NCBI GenBank assembly: GCA_963777155.1
Contig: CAVZPM010000031.1
Coordinates: forward strand, 1-64,000
DNA length: 64,000 nucleotides
Direction of reading: 5' to 3'
Source: Candidatus Bathyarchaeota archaeon
Lineage (GTDB): Archaea; Thermoproteota; Bathyarchaeia; Bathyarchaeales; Bathycorpusculaceae
Under the pieces are notes generated by a model that was given only the letters and a program-made list of their open reading frames with translations, had not been told where the DNA came from and did not search any database. Of this stretch, positions 31,466 to 42,158 are shown in pieces. Made by a program: the position numbers and the translations under genes. Positions within the stretch are counted from its first letter, which is position 1. Every line of letters begins with the position of its first letter.

Positions 31466-31839
31466 GAGTCATCTGTATCTTCGTCAAGTTTAACCCAGAT
31501 TTTTCCCGACTGAACTTTCCATTCAAATATTTTTAGCTTCATGGATGGTTCTTCCTCGTATTCGCCAGTTTCCAAGTTGAAGCGCCAGTCATGGCATGGG
31601 CAAACAATTACCAAGCCATCAAGGGTTCCGCCTGAGAAACCGCATCCTTGATGTGGACACCTGTTATCTATTGCAAAAATTTTTCCTTTCTGCTTAATGA
31701 ACAAGACGGGTGTTCCCTCAACTGAAACGCGCTTCATTTTACCTTCTTCCAAGTCTTTTTCTTCCAAGGCGTCAACAAATCCATCAGTGTTATCCAAGTA
31801 TTTTATCTCCAAATCAAATTGGTTATGTGCAACGAACAT
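31462..31839 (-). CDS. Rieske [2Fe-2S] ferredoxin
   Basis: CPH...CPCH Rieske motifs. Confidence 0.9.
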   Translation of the reverse strand: MFVAHNQFDLEIKYLDNTDGFVDALEEKDLEEGKMKRVSVEGTPVLFIKQKGKIFAIDNRCPHQGCGFSGGTLDGLVIVCPCHDWRFNLETGEYEEEPSMKLKIFEWKVQSGKIWVKLDEDTDDS

Positions 31840-31922
31840 TTAGCACTTGCTATGGCTTGTAAGTTCAAAACTTTTCCCTAATAAGCAACCTTAATTGCTA
31901 GACTAATCTACCTTTTTACTAG

Positions 31923-32762
31923 ATGTTCGAAGTAAAGACGATGCGTGCTAGCGACCATGATTTTGCAACTCAGTTAGCCAATACCATGAACTGGAATATG
32001 GCACCGGAAGATTTTCAATTTATGGCTTCGCTTGAACCCAAAGGTTGTTTTGTTCTTTTTGACGGTTTAAAACGGGTGGGGATTGCTACTTGTATAAGTT
32101 ATGGTAAAGTAGGTTGGTTTGGAAACCTCATCGTAGAAGCGGACTACCGTCATAGAGGCGCCGGGAGCATCCTTGTAACTCAAGCGGTTGACTATCTGCA
32201 TGACAAGGGCGTGAAAACCATTGGACTTTATGCCTACCCACACCTGACCCACTTCTACGGTAGTTTGGGCTTCAAGTTCGATGAAGATTTCTCCGTTTTG
32301 CACAACGAAGATTTTGGGGCTATCACAGCTAAAGCTTTACCCACCGTTGGAAAACAGCAATTTTCCTCGGTAAACAAGCTGGATAGTCAATGTTTTGGCG
32401 GAGACCGAAAAAAGCTTCTTGAATCCATAATTCTTGAAGAAGGCAACGCCAGCTACTACATTTCAGATAGCAGCGGTCTTGTGGGTTATGTTGCAGCTAC
32501 AATTTATGAAACCACGGCTTGGATTGGACCTTTAGTCTGTCAGGTGGCAAGAAACGACGTTGCAAATTTACTCATCAACGCAGTTCTAACCAAAGTGGGT
32601 GGAAAAAGCGTCTATGCTGTGGTTCCTAAAAAAGAAGTGCAGCTCTTTGAGTTTTTCTCTAGCTTGGGGTTCAAAGAAGAATTCTTCGTATCCCGGATGT
32701 TTTTAGGCGAAAAACCAGCAAGAAATTGTATATACTTGGCTGAATCTTTAGAAAGAGGATAG
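31923..32762 (+). CDS. GNAT N-acetyltransferase (tandem GNAT)
   Basis: LIVEADYRHRGAG acetyl-CoA motif, FYGSLGF, WIGPL. Confidence 0.88.
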   Translation: MFEVKTMRASDHDFATQLANTMNWNMAPEDFQFMASLEPKGCFVLFDGLKRVGIATCISYGKVGWFGNLIVEADYRHRGAGSILVTQAVDYLHDKGVKTIGLYAYPHLTHFYGSLGFKFDEDFSVLHNEDFGAITAKALPTVGKQQFSSVNKLDSQCFGGDRKKLLESIILEEGNASYYISDSSGLVGYVAATIYETTAWIGPLVCQVARNDVANLLINAVLTKVGGKSVYAVVPKKEVQLFEFFSSLGFKEEFFVSRMFLGEKPARNCIYLAESLERG

Positions 32763-32765
32763 TTT

Positions 32766-34127
32766 ATGGAAGATTATTGTAGGCTTTTGCTTGAAGATTT
32801 CTTGAAGACTTCTTTTTCAACGGTGAAAGTTCTGGTTGAAGGCGCCGCGGCTTTGAAGGGGCAGAACAGCAACCGCAAAGTTACGTTGTTTCGTTATGTT
32901 AACGGCAAAAAAGTTTCTTTTCCCTTTTCCGATGAACGATTCTACTTGCGCGGCTCGGTTGAATATACTAATCCGCAGCTGACTGTTGAGGAAGTTCAAG
33001 GAATCGTCGGGACCCGTTTGCTTGAAACATGCGCTAACTACTTCTTCGAACGTGGGTTGCATCAGTTCGACGACGGCGACGTAGTTGCGCTTATAGAGTT
33101 GCTTAAGAAACCCACCCAAGGACACATCGTTCCTTTTCTCCTGAACACGGATGATGTGGAGGCTGACCGTTATTCCATGAATCCGCTCAAGCAATCAATC
33201 GTAGATAGTGGTCAGAGCGCTTTTCCCGCTGCCAACGTTAAAACTGACCAGCTGAAAATCGATGAAGCATACCTCAAAAAATACGATGGCACATTAATTT
33301 CCCAAAAAGAAGCCACGCTAATTACAGAGAGTCTCCAGGCAAGCAATGGCTCATATCTTGATTTTGTTGATTCAATCAAATATTCCCAATTAAAAGAACT
33401 TTCAGAGTTCTTCGGTATGGACCTCTCCCTCTACACGTTGCGTATGCCGCTTTCAACCCTGAAGACAGAGAACAAAGATGGCTTGCTCCATTACATAATT
33501 CGAGAAAGCAACTGTGATTACGCTTCCATTGAGGAGGCTTACACTTGCATGGGGCGCAGTATGAAAAACCGAACAACACTACTGACAGTGCCGCATTCTA
33601 ACAAAGGCTTTGGCTCCAAACGTGCAGCACGAGGCAAACTACATTTCGAAAACGGAAAACTGCTTGATGCAACCGTCAAATACAAAACCACCCCACTTTA
33701 CCCTAACGCCATGGATCCCGAAGACATAGCCGTAGCAGTATGCGATGACAGCTTTACAGTAACAGGCGAAAAACTCTCTGACTACAGTTATAATGAAACT
33801 CCTTCTTCGCCCCAGTTCTTCCTATACTCGATTGGTTCCCCAGAGGACGCGACAGTTTGGCATGGCGTAGGCGCATTTGCAGCTCCGCAGCTTCTTCAAA
33901 GTTATCGTTCAGGTCGCGTAGCTTGTCGGGAAGGACGATTAATCAAGAATTTAACTGAAAAATACAACATCAAAGTGGATGTTCCTTTGCAGTTTAACCT
34001 CGCACCCGAAGGCATATGGAGCCATCCAATCCACCGCAACATAGACGCCAGCATCGGAAGCGTAGAAGATCTTCCCGATCTTGCGCATCGAGGAATGAGG
34101 CTTGAGTACCTTCCCGCTTTCAAGTAG
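32766..34127 (+). CDS. Hypothetical protein, 453 aa, no recognised family
   Basis: Long ORF 3 nt after the GNAT stop, GAGGA SD. Confidence 0.8.
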   Translation: MEDYCRLLLEDFLKTSFSTVKVLVEGAAALKGQNSNRKVTLFRYVNGKKVSFPFSDERFYLRGSVEYTNPQLTVEEVQGIVGTRLLETCANYFFERGLHQFDDGDVVALIELLKKPTQGHIVPFLLNTDDVEADRYSMNPLKQSIVDSGQSAFPAANVKTDQLKIDEAYLKKYDGTLISQKEATLITESLQASNGSYLDFVDSIKYSQLKELSEFFGMDLSLYTLRMPLSTLKTENKDGLLHYIIRESNCDYASIEEAYTCMGRSMKNRTTLLTVPHSNKGFGSKRAARGKLHFENGKLLDATVKYKTTPLYPNAMDPEDIAVAVCDDSFTVTGEKLSDYSYNETPSSPQFFLYSIGSPEDATVWHGVGAFAAPQLLQSYRSGRVACREGRLIKNLTEKYNIKVDVPLQFNLAPEGIWSHPIHRNIDASIGSVEDLPDLAHRGMRLEYLPAFK

Positions 34128-34142
34128 GAGCAGATTTGCACT

Positions 34143-34682
34143 TTGACGGCTTTAGAATATACGATGTTTAGAATTTTGCGGTTGTTCAGGAAACTCCCCT
34201 TTAACATACTTGGGGTTGGAAACCAAAAGGTTATTTTCACAGAGTTTTTCAAAGGGTTCGAGAAAGTTGATGCTGTAAAAGGTATTTTTGGTGAAAAAAC
34301 CGAGGAAGTTCTAAGTCACCTCACAGTGGAGATCAGCTGGACAATGGGCTACATGTATGTGGATGGTTCCGATGGGCACCTTGTGATAAGCAAAGGCTAC
34401 CTCAACAATGGCGACAAAATTGACATTTACCTTGACCTAATCCATGAGTTGTGCCATGTGAAACAGTTCAGGGAGGGCAAAGAACTCTTTGATCCTCGAT
34501 ACGATTACGTCGACAGACCTACAGAAATTGAAGCTTATCGTTACTGCATTCAAGAGGCAAGACGGCTTGGATTAAGCGAGGAAAGAATCCGTTGCTATCT
34601 ATGGACTGAGTGGATGGATGAGGATGATTTTAGGCGGTTGGCAAAATCAGTTAACGTTCAACTTGCCAGTGCTTCATCGTAA
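34143..34682 (+). CDS. Putative zincin-like metalloprotease
   Basis: LIHELCHVKQ (HExxH) and downstream PTEIEAY; start uncertain. Confidence 0.7.
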   Translation: MTALEYTMFRILRLFRKLPFNILGVGNQKVIFTEFFKGFEKVDAVKGIFGEKTEEVLSHLTVEISWTMGYMYVDGSDGHLVISKGYLNNGDKIDIYLDLIHELCHVKQFREGKELFDPRYDYVDRPTEIEAYRYCIQEARRLGLSEERIRCYLWTEWMDEDDFRRLAKSVNVQLASASS

Positions 34683-35849
34683 ATTTTGAGCAATTTTTGT
34701 GCACATATGTCCCAAGTGAAGCTTTCAGATACGAATCTGCGACCGTTGGTGCCCATTTTTTCCTTCAAAGCTCTGTCGGAAAGAACCTTCAGCAAAGCAT
34801 CCGCCAATTCCCCGGTGCTTCCAGGTTTAACCAGAAGCCCTGTTTCGCCATTCCGAACGGCTTCGTTGATTCCACCAACATCAAAAGCAACAACTGGAAT
34901 ACCTGATGCTTGCGCTTCAAGCAATACAATTCCTTGCCCCTCCTGAATGGATGGCAAAACAAACACGTCAGCGCAACTGTAGACTGCTGAAAGCCTATTG
35001 TCTTCGAGGTTACCCATGAACAGGAAATTGCCCAAAAGATTTGCCTTCTCAAGAGAGGCAGTCAACTGATTCTTTAGTGGACCATCGCCGACAATTAGGA
35101 ATTTGGTATTAGCTTTTTCCTTAACCATTTTTTTAGCTGCTTCCACCAAAAATGGCAAGCCCTTACGAGGGATTAAGCTTCCAACAAAAAGAACACATGG
35201 CTCATCACCCAATCCAAACTTGCGCCTGATTGTCTTCTGAGTTTCCTGCTGGCTTGAATTTTTCGACATCAACGCCATTTGGAACTATCCGAACCTTGCT
35301 TTTGTCAATGTGGTAATGTTTTTGGATTTTTTCAAGCGAATAATTGCTTATTGTAACAATTAAAGTTGCGTCATGTGCCGTTTCCTCTTCCAACTTGGCA
35401 AGACCATGCATAAAATAGTTTGCAAGTCTACCCCTAACTGAATGGTAGCCTTCTTTTTTTGCCTGTTCATACTCGTCGGCGAGAACGCCATGGATTGTAT
35501 GGATGAATGGTTTCTTGATTTCTTGTTTCTCAAGTGTTTTGGGGAATCCATAGCCGCTTACTGCATGAGCCTCATAAACGTCTGCGTCAATCTTGCCGGC
35601 TTTCTTAGTTAAGCTCCGGTTGAAGAACCAGTTGTCCAACGGAAAAATTCTGTCTGTTGAATAGCACGGGACAAAATCTACCCCATTAATGGAGGTGGTT
35701 TTTTTGAATCCTGCTTTCGTGCCGCTGTAAATGGTTATGTCTATTTGGTTTTGTAGTCGCTTAGTTGTTTCCATTATGCGCCGCTCAACTCCCCCAAAGT
35801 ACAGGTGGGGCGGTTGGGTGTTGAAGACAGCTAAGCGAAACTTTTCCAA
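34658..35849 (-). CDS. GT4 glycosyltransferase; +1 frameshift at ~35245
   Basis: GGVERR, HTIHG, PNGVD, then FVGSLIPRKG, EGQGIVLLEAQA across two ORFs. Confidence 0.85.
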
Positions 35850-35993
35850 ACAAAGGACACCTTCATCGGTTTTGCTGGACTCTATATTTGCAGGGTTAAG
35901 ATATAAGCTGTACTTTCCTTGATGGTGAACAGCCTTAAATCTAAAAATTTTAGAGCATGTGTACATAAATGGATAATCTAAAGAATTATCTGG

Positions 35994-36170
35994 TTATTCA
36001 TCGCCGTATCCATGTTCGAGTCTGCCATGCGTTTTTTTGTAGGAAAATTCATGTTGCTCTTTGTTGTTGCCGAAAACGTTTATGTGTTTTTCAAGGTCTT
36101 TTTGGGTGAGAAATATGCATGCGCAATGTGGGCATTTGAAGAGTTTGTTGTTGTTAGTTTCCTGCGTCAT
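35994..36170 (-). CDS. 58-aa C2H2-like zinc-finger microprotein, not in ORF track
   Basis: FKCPHCACIFLTQKDLEKH; starts 9 nt after the ileS stop. Confidence 0.65.
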   Translation of the reverse strand: MTQETNNNKLFKCPHCACIFLTQKDLEKHINVFGNNKEQHEFSYKKTHGRLEHGYGDE

Positions 36171-36179
36171 GTTTTTCGC

Positions 36180-39100
36180 CTAATGGACGTTTATGTGTAT
36201 TTTCTTGCCGTCAAGCTCAGACTCGTGCCATTCAGCTTCAACTTCGCTTCGACTCACATGTAAATAGACTTTTCTAGCTCTAACTAAACCAGCCATCTCA
36301 GCTAAATACGGCTCCAAAAAGCCCATGCTCTCAGCGTCTAACTCGGCAATGTGTACAGACTCCAATGTTTCAGTGGGCACAAACCCCATTTCTTTACGTA
36401 GCGCCTGCACTCGTCTGGCTAAATCGCGCATGATGCCTTCGCCCAGCAACTTATCGTCTCGTTGTCCGCTGAGGAACACGGTTATTTCGTCTTCTTGGCT
36501 GGAAACCCAGTTTTCGCCTCCAACATACTCAGGAACCGCACTGGCGTATTCAGCTGCTTTAACGTTGGTTTGCTCCAAGAATAAAGCCTCAAGGCTCTTT
36601 AGAGCTTGCAGGGTTTTTTCTGGCGCCACAACGATTGTTTTAGCAAGTGGCCATCTGCGTTTTAGTTTTCCCTGTTGCCTTGCAGCGTAACTAATCGAAA
36701 CAACCTTCAGCATAATGTCAAATTCTTCTTCCAAAGGTTTGTTGCGCAACTGCTGGTTTGACGTTGGCCAAACCGCGAAATTGACTGATTCTGGCAAGTC
36801 TGCTTCCAGTTGTCTGTAGACTTTCTGGTAAAGTGCTTCGCTTAGGTATGGTGTAACTGGGTTGAATAGTAACGTTATCGTCTTTAAGGTATGGTGTAGC
36901 AGTGCATAGATGGTTTGGCGTCGTTCAAAGGTTTCTGGTTCATCCGTCCACAGCTCTTTTCGAATCATGGGAACATAAAGTCTGCTGAGTGTTTCAATCA
37001 CGAAATCCTCTAAAACGGCTACTGCAACATTGAATTCGCATGCCTCAAGCTTCTTGGTGTACTCTTCGATTTTCTGCTTGCAGTTTCGACATGAGCCACT
37101 GGTCTGCCGCTTGTAGTTTTCCCGCTTTAAACGCCCATTCTAAAGTGTATTTTTTAGGGTTAAACTTGTCGAAGGTGGCGTTCTGCATAAAGAATCTGCT
37201 TAGGTGGTAGAGCGTTGACAAGACTTGGTAGGGTCTTCGCGTTAGCTCTTGCATGTCAAAACTCATGAAGTCAACAGGCGAACATTTACGCATCATGTAG
37301 AAACGGCAAAGGTCAGCACTGTTCTTCTCAAGTAGTTTGTTGGTTTCAATGACGTTTCCCAAGCTCTTGCTCATTTTTCTGCCTTTCGCATCCTGCGTTA
37401 ACCCCTGGAAAAGAAACGTCTTGTAGGGTGAAACAGGTTTTCCAGTCAAAATAATATTTTCTAGTAGAAGCGAGTTTGCCCAGCCTCGTGTTTGATCTAT
37501 GCCTTCGGTTAAGAAAGCGGCAGGAATGAACTTTTCAAATTCTTCATCCGTAAACCGGGCAAATGGGGAAGCGCCGCTGTTGTGCCAAGTATCCAAGACA
37601 AAATCTTCGCGTCGCATAACTCCCTCGCATTTCTCGCATTTTAGCGTTATTCGATCAACCCATGGCTTGTGTAACTCAAAGTTCTCAGGAATCGCTTCTT
37701 GTGCCTTTTCCATTAGTTCTTTCTTGCTTTCGATCAGATGTTTGTTGCCACATTTCTCACAGGTCCACATTGGCAAGGGTGTGCCCCAGATGCGTTCGCG
37801 GCTGATGCACCATGGTTTGCCTTCTTTTAGAAAACCCAAGAAGCGGTTTTTTGGTTCATCGAAGAAACAATCAATTTTTTCGGCTGCTTCGAGGACTTTT
37901 TGGTTTATCTTGTCGGTTCGCAAGAAATACTCTTTGCGTGCCAGCCAAACCAGCTTGTGGTGGCTACGCCAGCAGGTTGGGTACTCGTGCTTGATTTTCT
38001 TCACTTTGACAAATGCGTTACGGTTGCGAAGCTCCTCAACTACCAGCATGTCTGCGTCGCGGGCAAATACTCCTGTGAAGATGCCTGCGTCGTTTGTGAA
38101 TTTTACTTCGTCATCAAATGGAACAAAAATTGGGACTCCTCTTCGGTTTGCAGCCCAGAAATCGTCCTCGCCGTTGCCAGGCGAAAGATGCACAACACCC
38201 GTGGCGGTTTCCACATCGACAAAGTCTTCTGCTATGACTTTGTGGACTAAGGGGTGTTTAGTTTCGAGTTCTGCTTGCTTAGGAATGATGTCTTTTAATG
38301 GGTAATCGTATGCTGTTCCTTCTAAACTTTTGCCAGTCATAGATTCTGAAATTTGGTAATTTGTGATTTCGAGTTCTGCCATAACTGGCTCTACACGTTG
38401 CCGCATCATTATCCAGGTTTCTTCGCCAACTTGGACTTTGACGTATTCTGCTTTTGGCTGTACGGCAAGCATGGTGTCGGTTATGATTGTGAATGGCATG
38501 GTGGTCCAGACGAGGAAGTACTCGTTTTTTGTTCCTGTGACTTTGAATTTGAAGTAGACCGATGGGTCCTCGACTTCTTTGTAGCTGCCCTCGTAGCCAA
38601 CTTCCGCGCTGCTAAGGCTAGTTTGGCATCCTGGGCAGTAAGCCACAACATAGTGTCCTTCTTCAAGCAGGTTCTGTTCCCAAGCACGTTTCAGATAGAA
38701 CCATTCGCGTTCGATGTAGCTGTCCTTGTAGGTCCAGTATGCTTTGTCCTGATTAATTGCAATGCCCAGTTTTCCGTCGGCTTCAAGCCACATCTGATGG
38801 TAACGCATAATCGCCTTCTTGCATTCCTCGATGAAGCGTTCCATACCGTATTTTTCGATTGATTCCCGCTTGTTTCGTACCCCGAGGAGTTTCTCCACTT
38901 CCAACTCAACGGGTAATCCTTGGCAGTCCCATCCTGCCCAAAACGGCATGTAATAGCCCTCCATGGTTTTCCATCGGTACCGAATATCCTTCATTATGCG
39001 TCCACGTGCATGACCGATATGTGGGATACCGTTTAGCGTTGGTGGACCTTCTACATAACCCAAATTGCCCTTGGCAGTCTTTTCAAGTAACTCAAGCTTA

Positions 39101-39210
39101 TTGCGGATGTCGTTTTTTGTCCAGAATTCCCGCATTTCCGTCTCGAGGGCAAGTGGAGTATAGTTGGTCGGCAAGCTGTGGTTTTGGTCAGCTTCGTTTT
39201 GGGCAGTCAA
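36180..39210 (-). CDS. ileS: Isoleucyl-tRNA synthetase; apparent +1 frameshift at ~37078
   Basis: PHIGH, GWDCQGLPVE, WTTMP, WCISRER.WG, DQTRGW, KMSKS; anticodon domain in ORF 36180-37001. Confidence 0.93.
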
Positions 39211-39371
39211 ATCTATTACCGTAACGCAAAATATGTTAGAAGACTATATAAAAGTATAAACGTGGTCTTTTTTGCCTTCTCTCAAAAGTCTGTTTCCTTT
39301 CTCTTTGGTTGTTGTTGTAGGAGCTTTGTGTGGAAAAATATTTTTTCTGGTTGTTTTTTAAGGTTAGTTTC

Positions 39372-39403
39372 TGGTTTGGGTTGTGGTTTGGGGTTTGTTT
39401 GGT
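39372..39403 (+). repeat. GT-rich direct repeat, copy 1
   Basis: TGGTTTGGGTTGTGGTTTGGGGTTTGTTTGGT; 30/32 identical to 41820-41851. Confidence 0.7.
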
Positions 39404-39659
39404 TGTTGTTGACGCAATATCAACATTTTCATGTTGGTTGTTGTTGAATGGATAGAGGTTGTTGAAGTTAAGAGTTTTTTTAAGAATGCAATATTCAACC
39501 TCTTGGAATCACTGCCAGAAAGGGTTCTGGCTCCATATCAACTGTCCCGTAGACTGCTAAGGCAACACTCCAGAAAACATTGCGCTCAATATTTAATTCG
39601 CTGCAGATGACTGTTCTCTGCGGTTTTCTATATGAGTTATTAAAATGATTTTGCAGGCT

Positions 39660-40070
39660 CTATTTTAGCGGAGTTCTTTTGATTTCTTTGATTTGATCGA
39701 AGTCTTCATCATCGCTTATAATTATCGTTGCTTTTCTGTTAAGTGCTGAGGCAACGTGTATTGAGTCGCGTGGACTTAGTTTGTATTTGTCCATAAGCGA
39801 TTGAGCTTGAGCTATTATCGCTTCATCGACACTAATGAACTCTAAGTTCGGAAAACCTAGTAGTTTTTGTCCCAGAGTTATTCCACCACTTCTGCCTAAC
39901 AATTTGGTTGCAACCCAAACAACTTCATCCCATGTCAAGGTAGATGTCGCTACGGATAGTTCTTTGTTTTCTATTTTTTGAAGTATTTCTTTTGCCCTCT
40001 TTGCTTTTAACTCCAAGTCCGGCGAATATAGTACGGAGTACAAAAATACGTTAGAGTCAACGTATTGCAT
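39660..40070 (-). CDS. vapC: VapC (PIN) toxin
   Basis: YVDSNVF, DEV, DSIHVA, SDDEDF. Confidence 0.92.
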   Translation of the reverse strand: MQYVDSNVFLYSVLYSPDLELKAKRAKEILQKIENKELSVATSTLTWDEVVWVATKLLGRSGGITLGQKLLGFPNLEFISVDEAIIAQAQSLMDKYKLSPRDSIHVASALNRKATIIISDDEDFDQIKEIKRTPLK

Positions 40071-40320
40071 GTCGTTGGGCTACCTCTTGATCCAATATTT
40101 CTTTGATGTTGACGAGTTTTTTCAGTTTTGGGGCATGGGTCGTGGTGTAGTACTCTGTGTAGCTTCCCTCGATTTTTGGTTTGCTTATAACTATTTCGTC
40201 GCCTCGGAGTTCTAAAATCACTTCAACTCCAGGCTTCAAACCAATCGCATCCCTTAATTGTTTAGGGATAACTACTTGACCTTTTTGCCCTATGTTTTTT
40301 TGTGGCATTTTGGACACCAA
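40057..40320 (-). CDS. vapB: AbrB/MazE-type antitoxin
   Basis: GQKGQVVIPKQLRDAIGLKPG; overlaps the vapC start. Confidence 0.9.
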   Translation of the reverse strand: MVSKMPQKNIGQKGQVVIPKQLRDAIGLKPGVEVILELRGDEIVISKPKIEGSYTEYYTTTHAPKLKKLVNIKEILDQEVAQRHAIR

Positions 40321-40566
40321 TTAGTAGTTCTATTCAACTTAAATTTATACTTTCCCACCAAGTAGTGCCACTACTAACCTCGACCTTTAGCGGTGGACCT
40401 TTTCGCTCAACTGGAAAGTTAAAAAGAGCAGTCGGCAACAACCATATTCAACATTCTGGCGCTTCTAAACACACATTCATTTGAAAAAGAGAGATGCTTT
40501 CTAAAAATTTCGAACCTTTGTCAAATTAGGTTCCTACAAACTCAAGAAAACCACAAAGAATTTGGC

Positions 40567-40795
40567 CTACTCGTATCTTGTCAAGTATAGCGGTTTACTT
40601 GCTTCTTTGTGTCTCTCCAATAGAGGCATATCTTTTAGATAAACCACTTCAACAACTGCAAAGTCGCCCTTCTTGGGAACCTTTCCATTCAATGTTGGGG
40701 AGGGGTCGCTTTCTGTTGTTGACTTACTTGGTTTCTTAATCTGACACTGCATTAATGCTCACCTTTCGCATAAGGCTACAACTCTGGCAGTCCAT
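40567..40795 (-). CDS. Microprotein homologous to 1561-1713 (…LKDMPLLERHKEASKPLYLTRYE); start at 40752, or at 40795 with a +1 shift
   Basis: C-terminal similarity; the upstream frame reads MDCQSCSLMRKVSI. Confidence 0.6.
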
Positions 40796-41063
40796 GCTTT
40801 ACCATTTGATTCAAACTAAATATAAGATATATGAATTCTAAATTCACTTTTATTATTCTACATTATGCGTTCTGAAAATATAGAGATAAAAAATGATTTA
40901 GCAGATTATTGGAGTAAAATATCCAATCAAAAAATGACTTCCCCTTTTTTGATATTTAAAACGTTTCAGATATTCGAAATTTATTGACTAAAACCCCGAG
41001 ATTCAGTATCATTCAATTTTTTCTATTGTCTTTACACCTTGGAACTCAACATTATTTCACATC

Positions 41064-41502
41064 TTAAATTTGAAGAGCTTTCTTGTTTGGGTAGTCTATG
41101 AAGCTGTAGTATTTTGTGCCTTCAAGCTTCTTTACAAGCTTTTGGTCCAAAGTCAGCAACTGTGGCATCTAGTTTTTGGGTAAGCGATAGGAAAGCAGCG
41201 TCATAAACAGTAATGTTTAGTTCCATTGCTAGAACTATTGCGTCATTAATGACTTCGGAAAAGTTATGTATCGTGTAGAGATCCATCATTTCTGCAGCTT
41301 GCGTGAAAGCTTCTACGGCATCCTTTGCATCAAACCTATCCGATTCCTTGTATTTTAACGCGTTAGCTACTTCGTAGTAGTTCAAGTCCAAAGCATGGAA
41401 GTCATCATACTCTAATAATCTCTTGGAAGCCCAGTCAGAGTATTCCTCTGGCGTGACTAGTGCAGCAATAACAGATGAATCGACAACAATTTCAGCGGGC
41501 AT
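41064..41502 (-). CDS. vapC: VapC (PIN) toxin; +1 frameshift at ~41163
   Basis: VVDSSV, YEVANAL, VYDAAFL; the corrected frame gives LLTLDQKL. Confidence 0.85.
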
Positions 41503-41725
41503 GGTCGCGATCTTCCCTAATGATATCTGCCGAAGACGTTGTAACTCCAGTTTTTTTGTACAGATCGTTTCTGAACCTGTCAACTTGTCTCATTATCTGC
41601 TTTAATTTCTTCCTTTTCACCATTCGCTCAAGACATTCCCTGACCTCTTGGGCATAATCTAAGTCTAATTCCTGAAGTTCGTCTTTGAGCTTCTTGGATA
41701 CTCTGACTGCAATTACATCGCTCAT
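41492..41725 (-). CDS. vapB: RHH-type antitoxin
   Basis: MSDVIAVRVSKKLKDEL...SADIIREDRD; overlaps vapC. Confidence 0.85.
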   Translation of the reverse strand: MSDVIAVRVSKKLKDELQELDLDYAQEVRECLERMVKRKKLKQIMRQVDRFRNDLYKKTGVTTSSADIIREDRDHAR

Positions 41726-41819
41726 ACATAAACATTAAGTAAACAAAATATATAAGTAATTTGTTAACAAAAGTGTAAACGACCCAATTTTGCACTAAAC
41801 TCTTTCCATCGGTTGTTTT

Positions 41820-41851
41820 TGGTTTGGGTTGTGGATTTGGGTTTGTTTGGT
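41820..41851 (+). repeat. GT-rich direct repeat, copy 2
   Basis: TGGTTTGGGTTGTGGATTTGGGTTTGTTTGGT. Confidence 0.7.
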
Positions 41852-42083
41852 AGAAGTAGTGGTTATGGAAGCGTTTTTTCAACATGGTTGTAGCACAAAA
41901 CCAAATGGTCGTGGCAATTTTTATTGTACTTGTGGGCCGTAAGAAGATTTTTTCAATGTTGGTTGTGTACCTTTGTAGTTTTTGATAATTTTTGTTTGAT
42001 ATTTTAAGCGGAAGAGCAGCTTATTGTTTTTAGATAATCACCGAAAGCTCTAAATGCAGTCAGTGCGGTGTTTTTTCAGAAAT

Positions 42084-42158
42084 GGGCCGGTAGATCAGTC
42101 TGGTATGATCGCCGCGTTCGCAACGCGGAAGCCGCGGGTTCAAATCCCGCTCGGTCCA
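42084..42158 (+). tRNA. tRNA-Ala(CGC)
   Basis: Acceptor stem GGGCCGG/TCGGTCC with G3:U70, anticodon arm CCGCG-TTCGCAA-CGCGG, GGTTCAAATCC. Confidence 0.95.

Noticed and set aside
37045-37080. UGA read-through or programmed frameshift in ileS
   Set aside because: The downstream domain is in another frame, removing one base restores it, and similar indels occur throughout the window.
37499-38862. Long plus-strand ORFs (268 aa, 169 aa)
   Set aside because: Antisense shadows of ileS with no motifs; the same applies to most short ORFs overlapping the confident genes.
39660-41725. Integron cassette array
   Set aside because: I could not identify attC-like inverted repeats or an integrase by eye.
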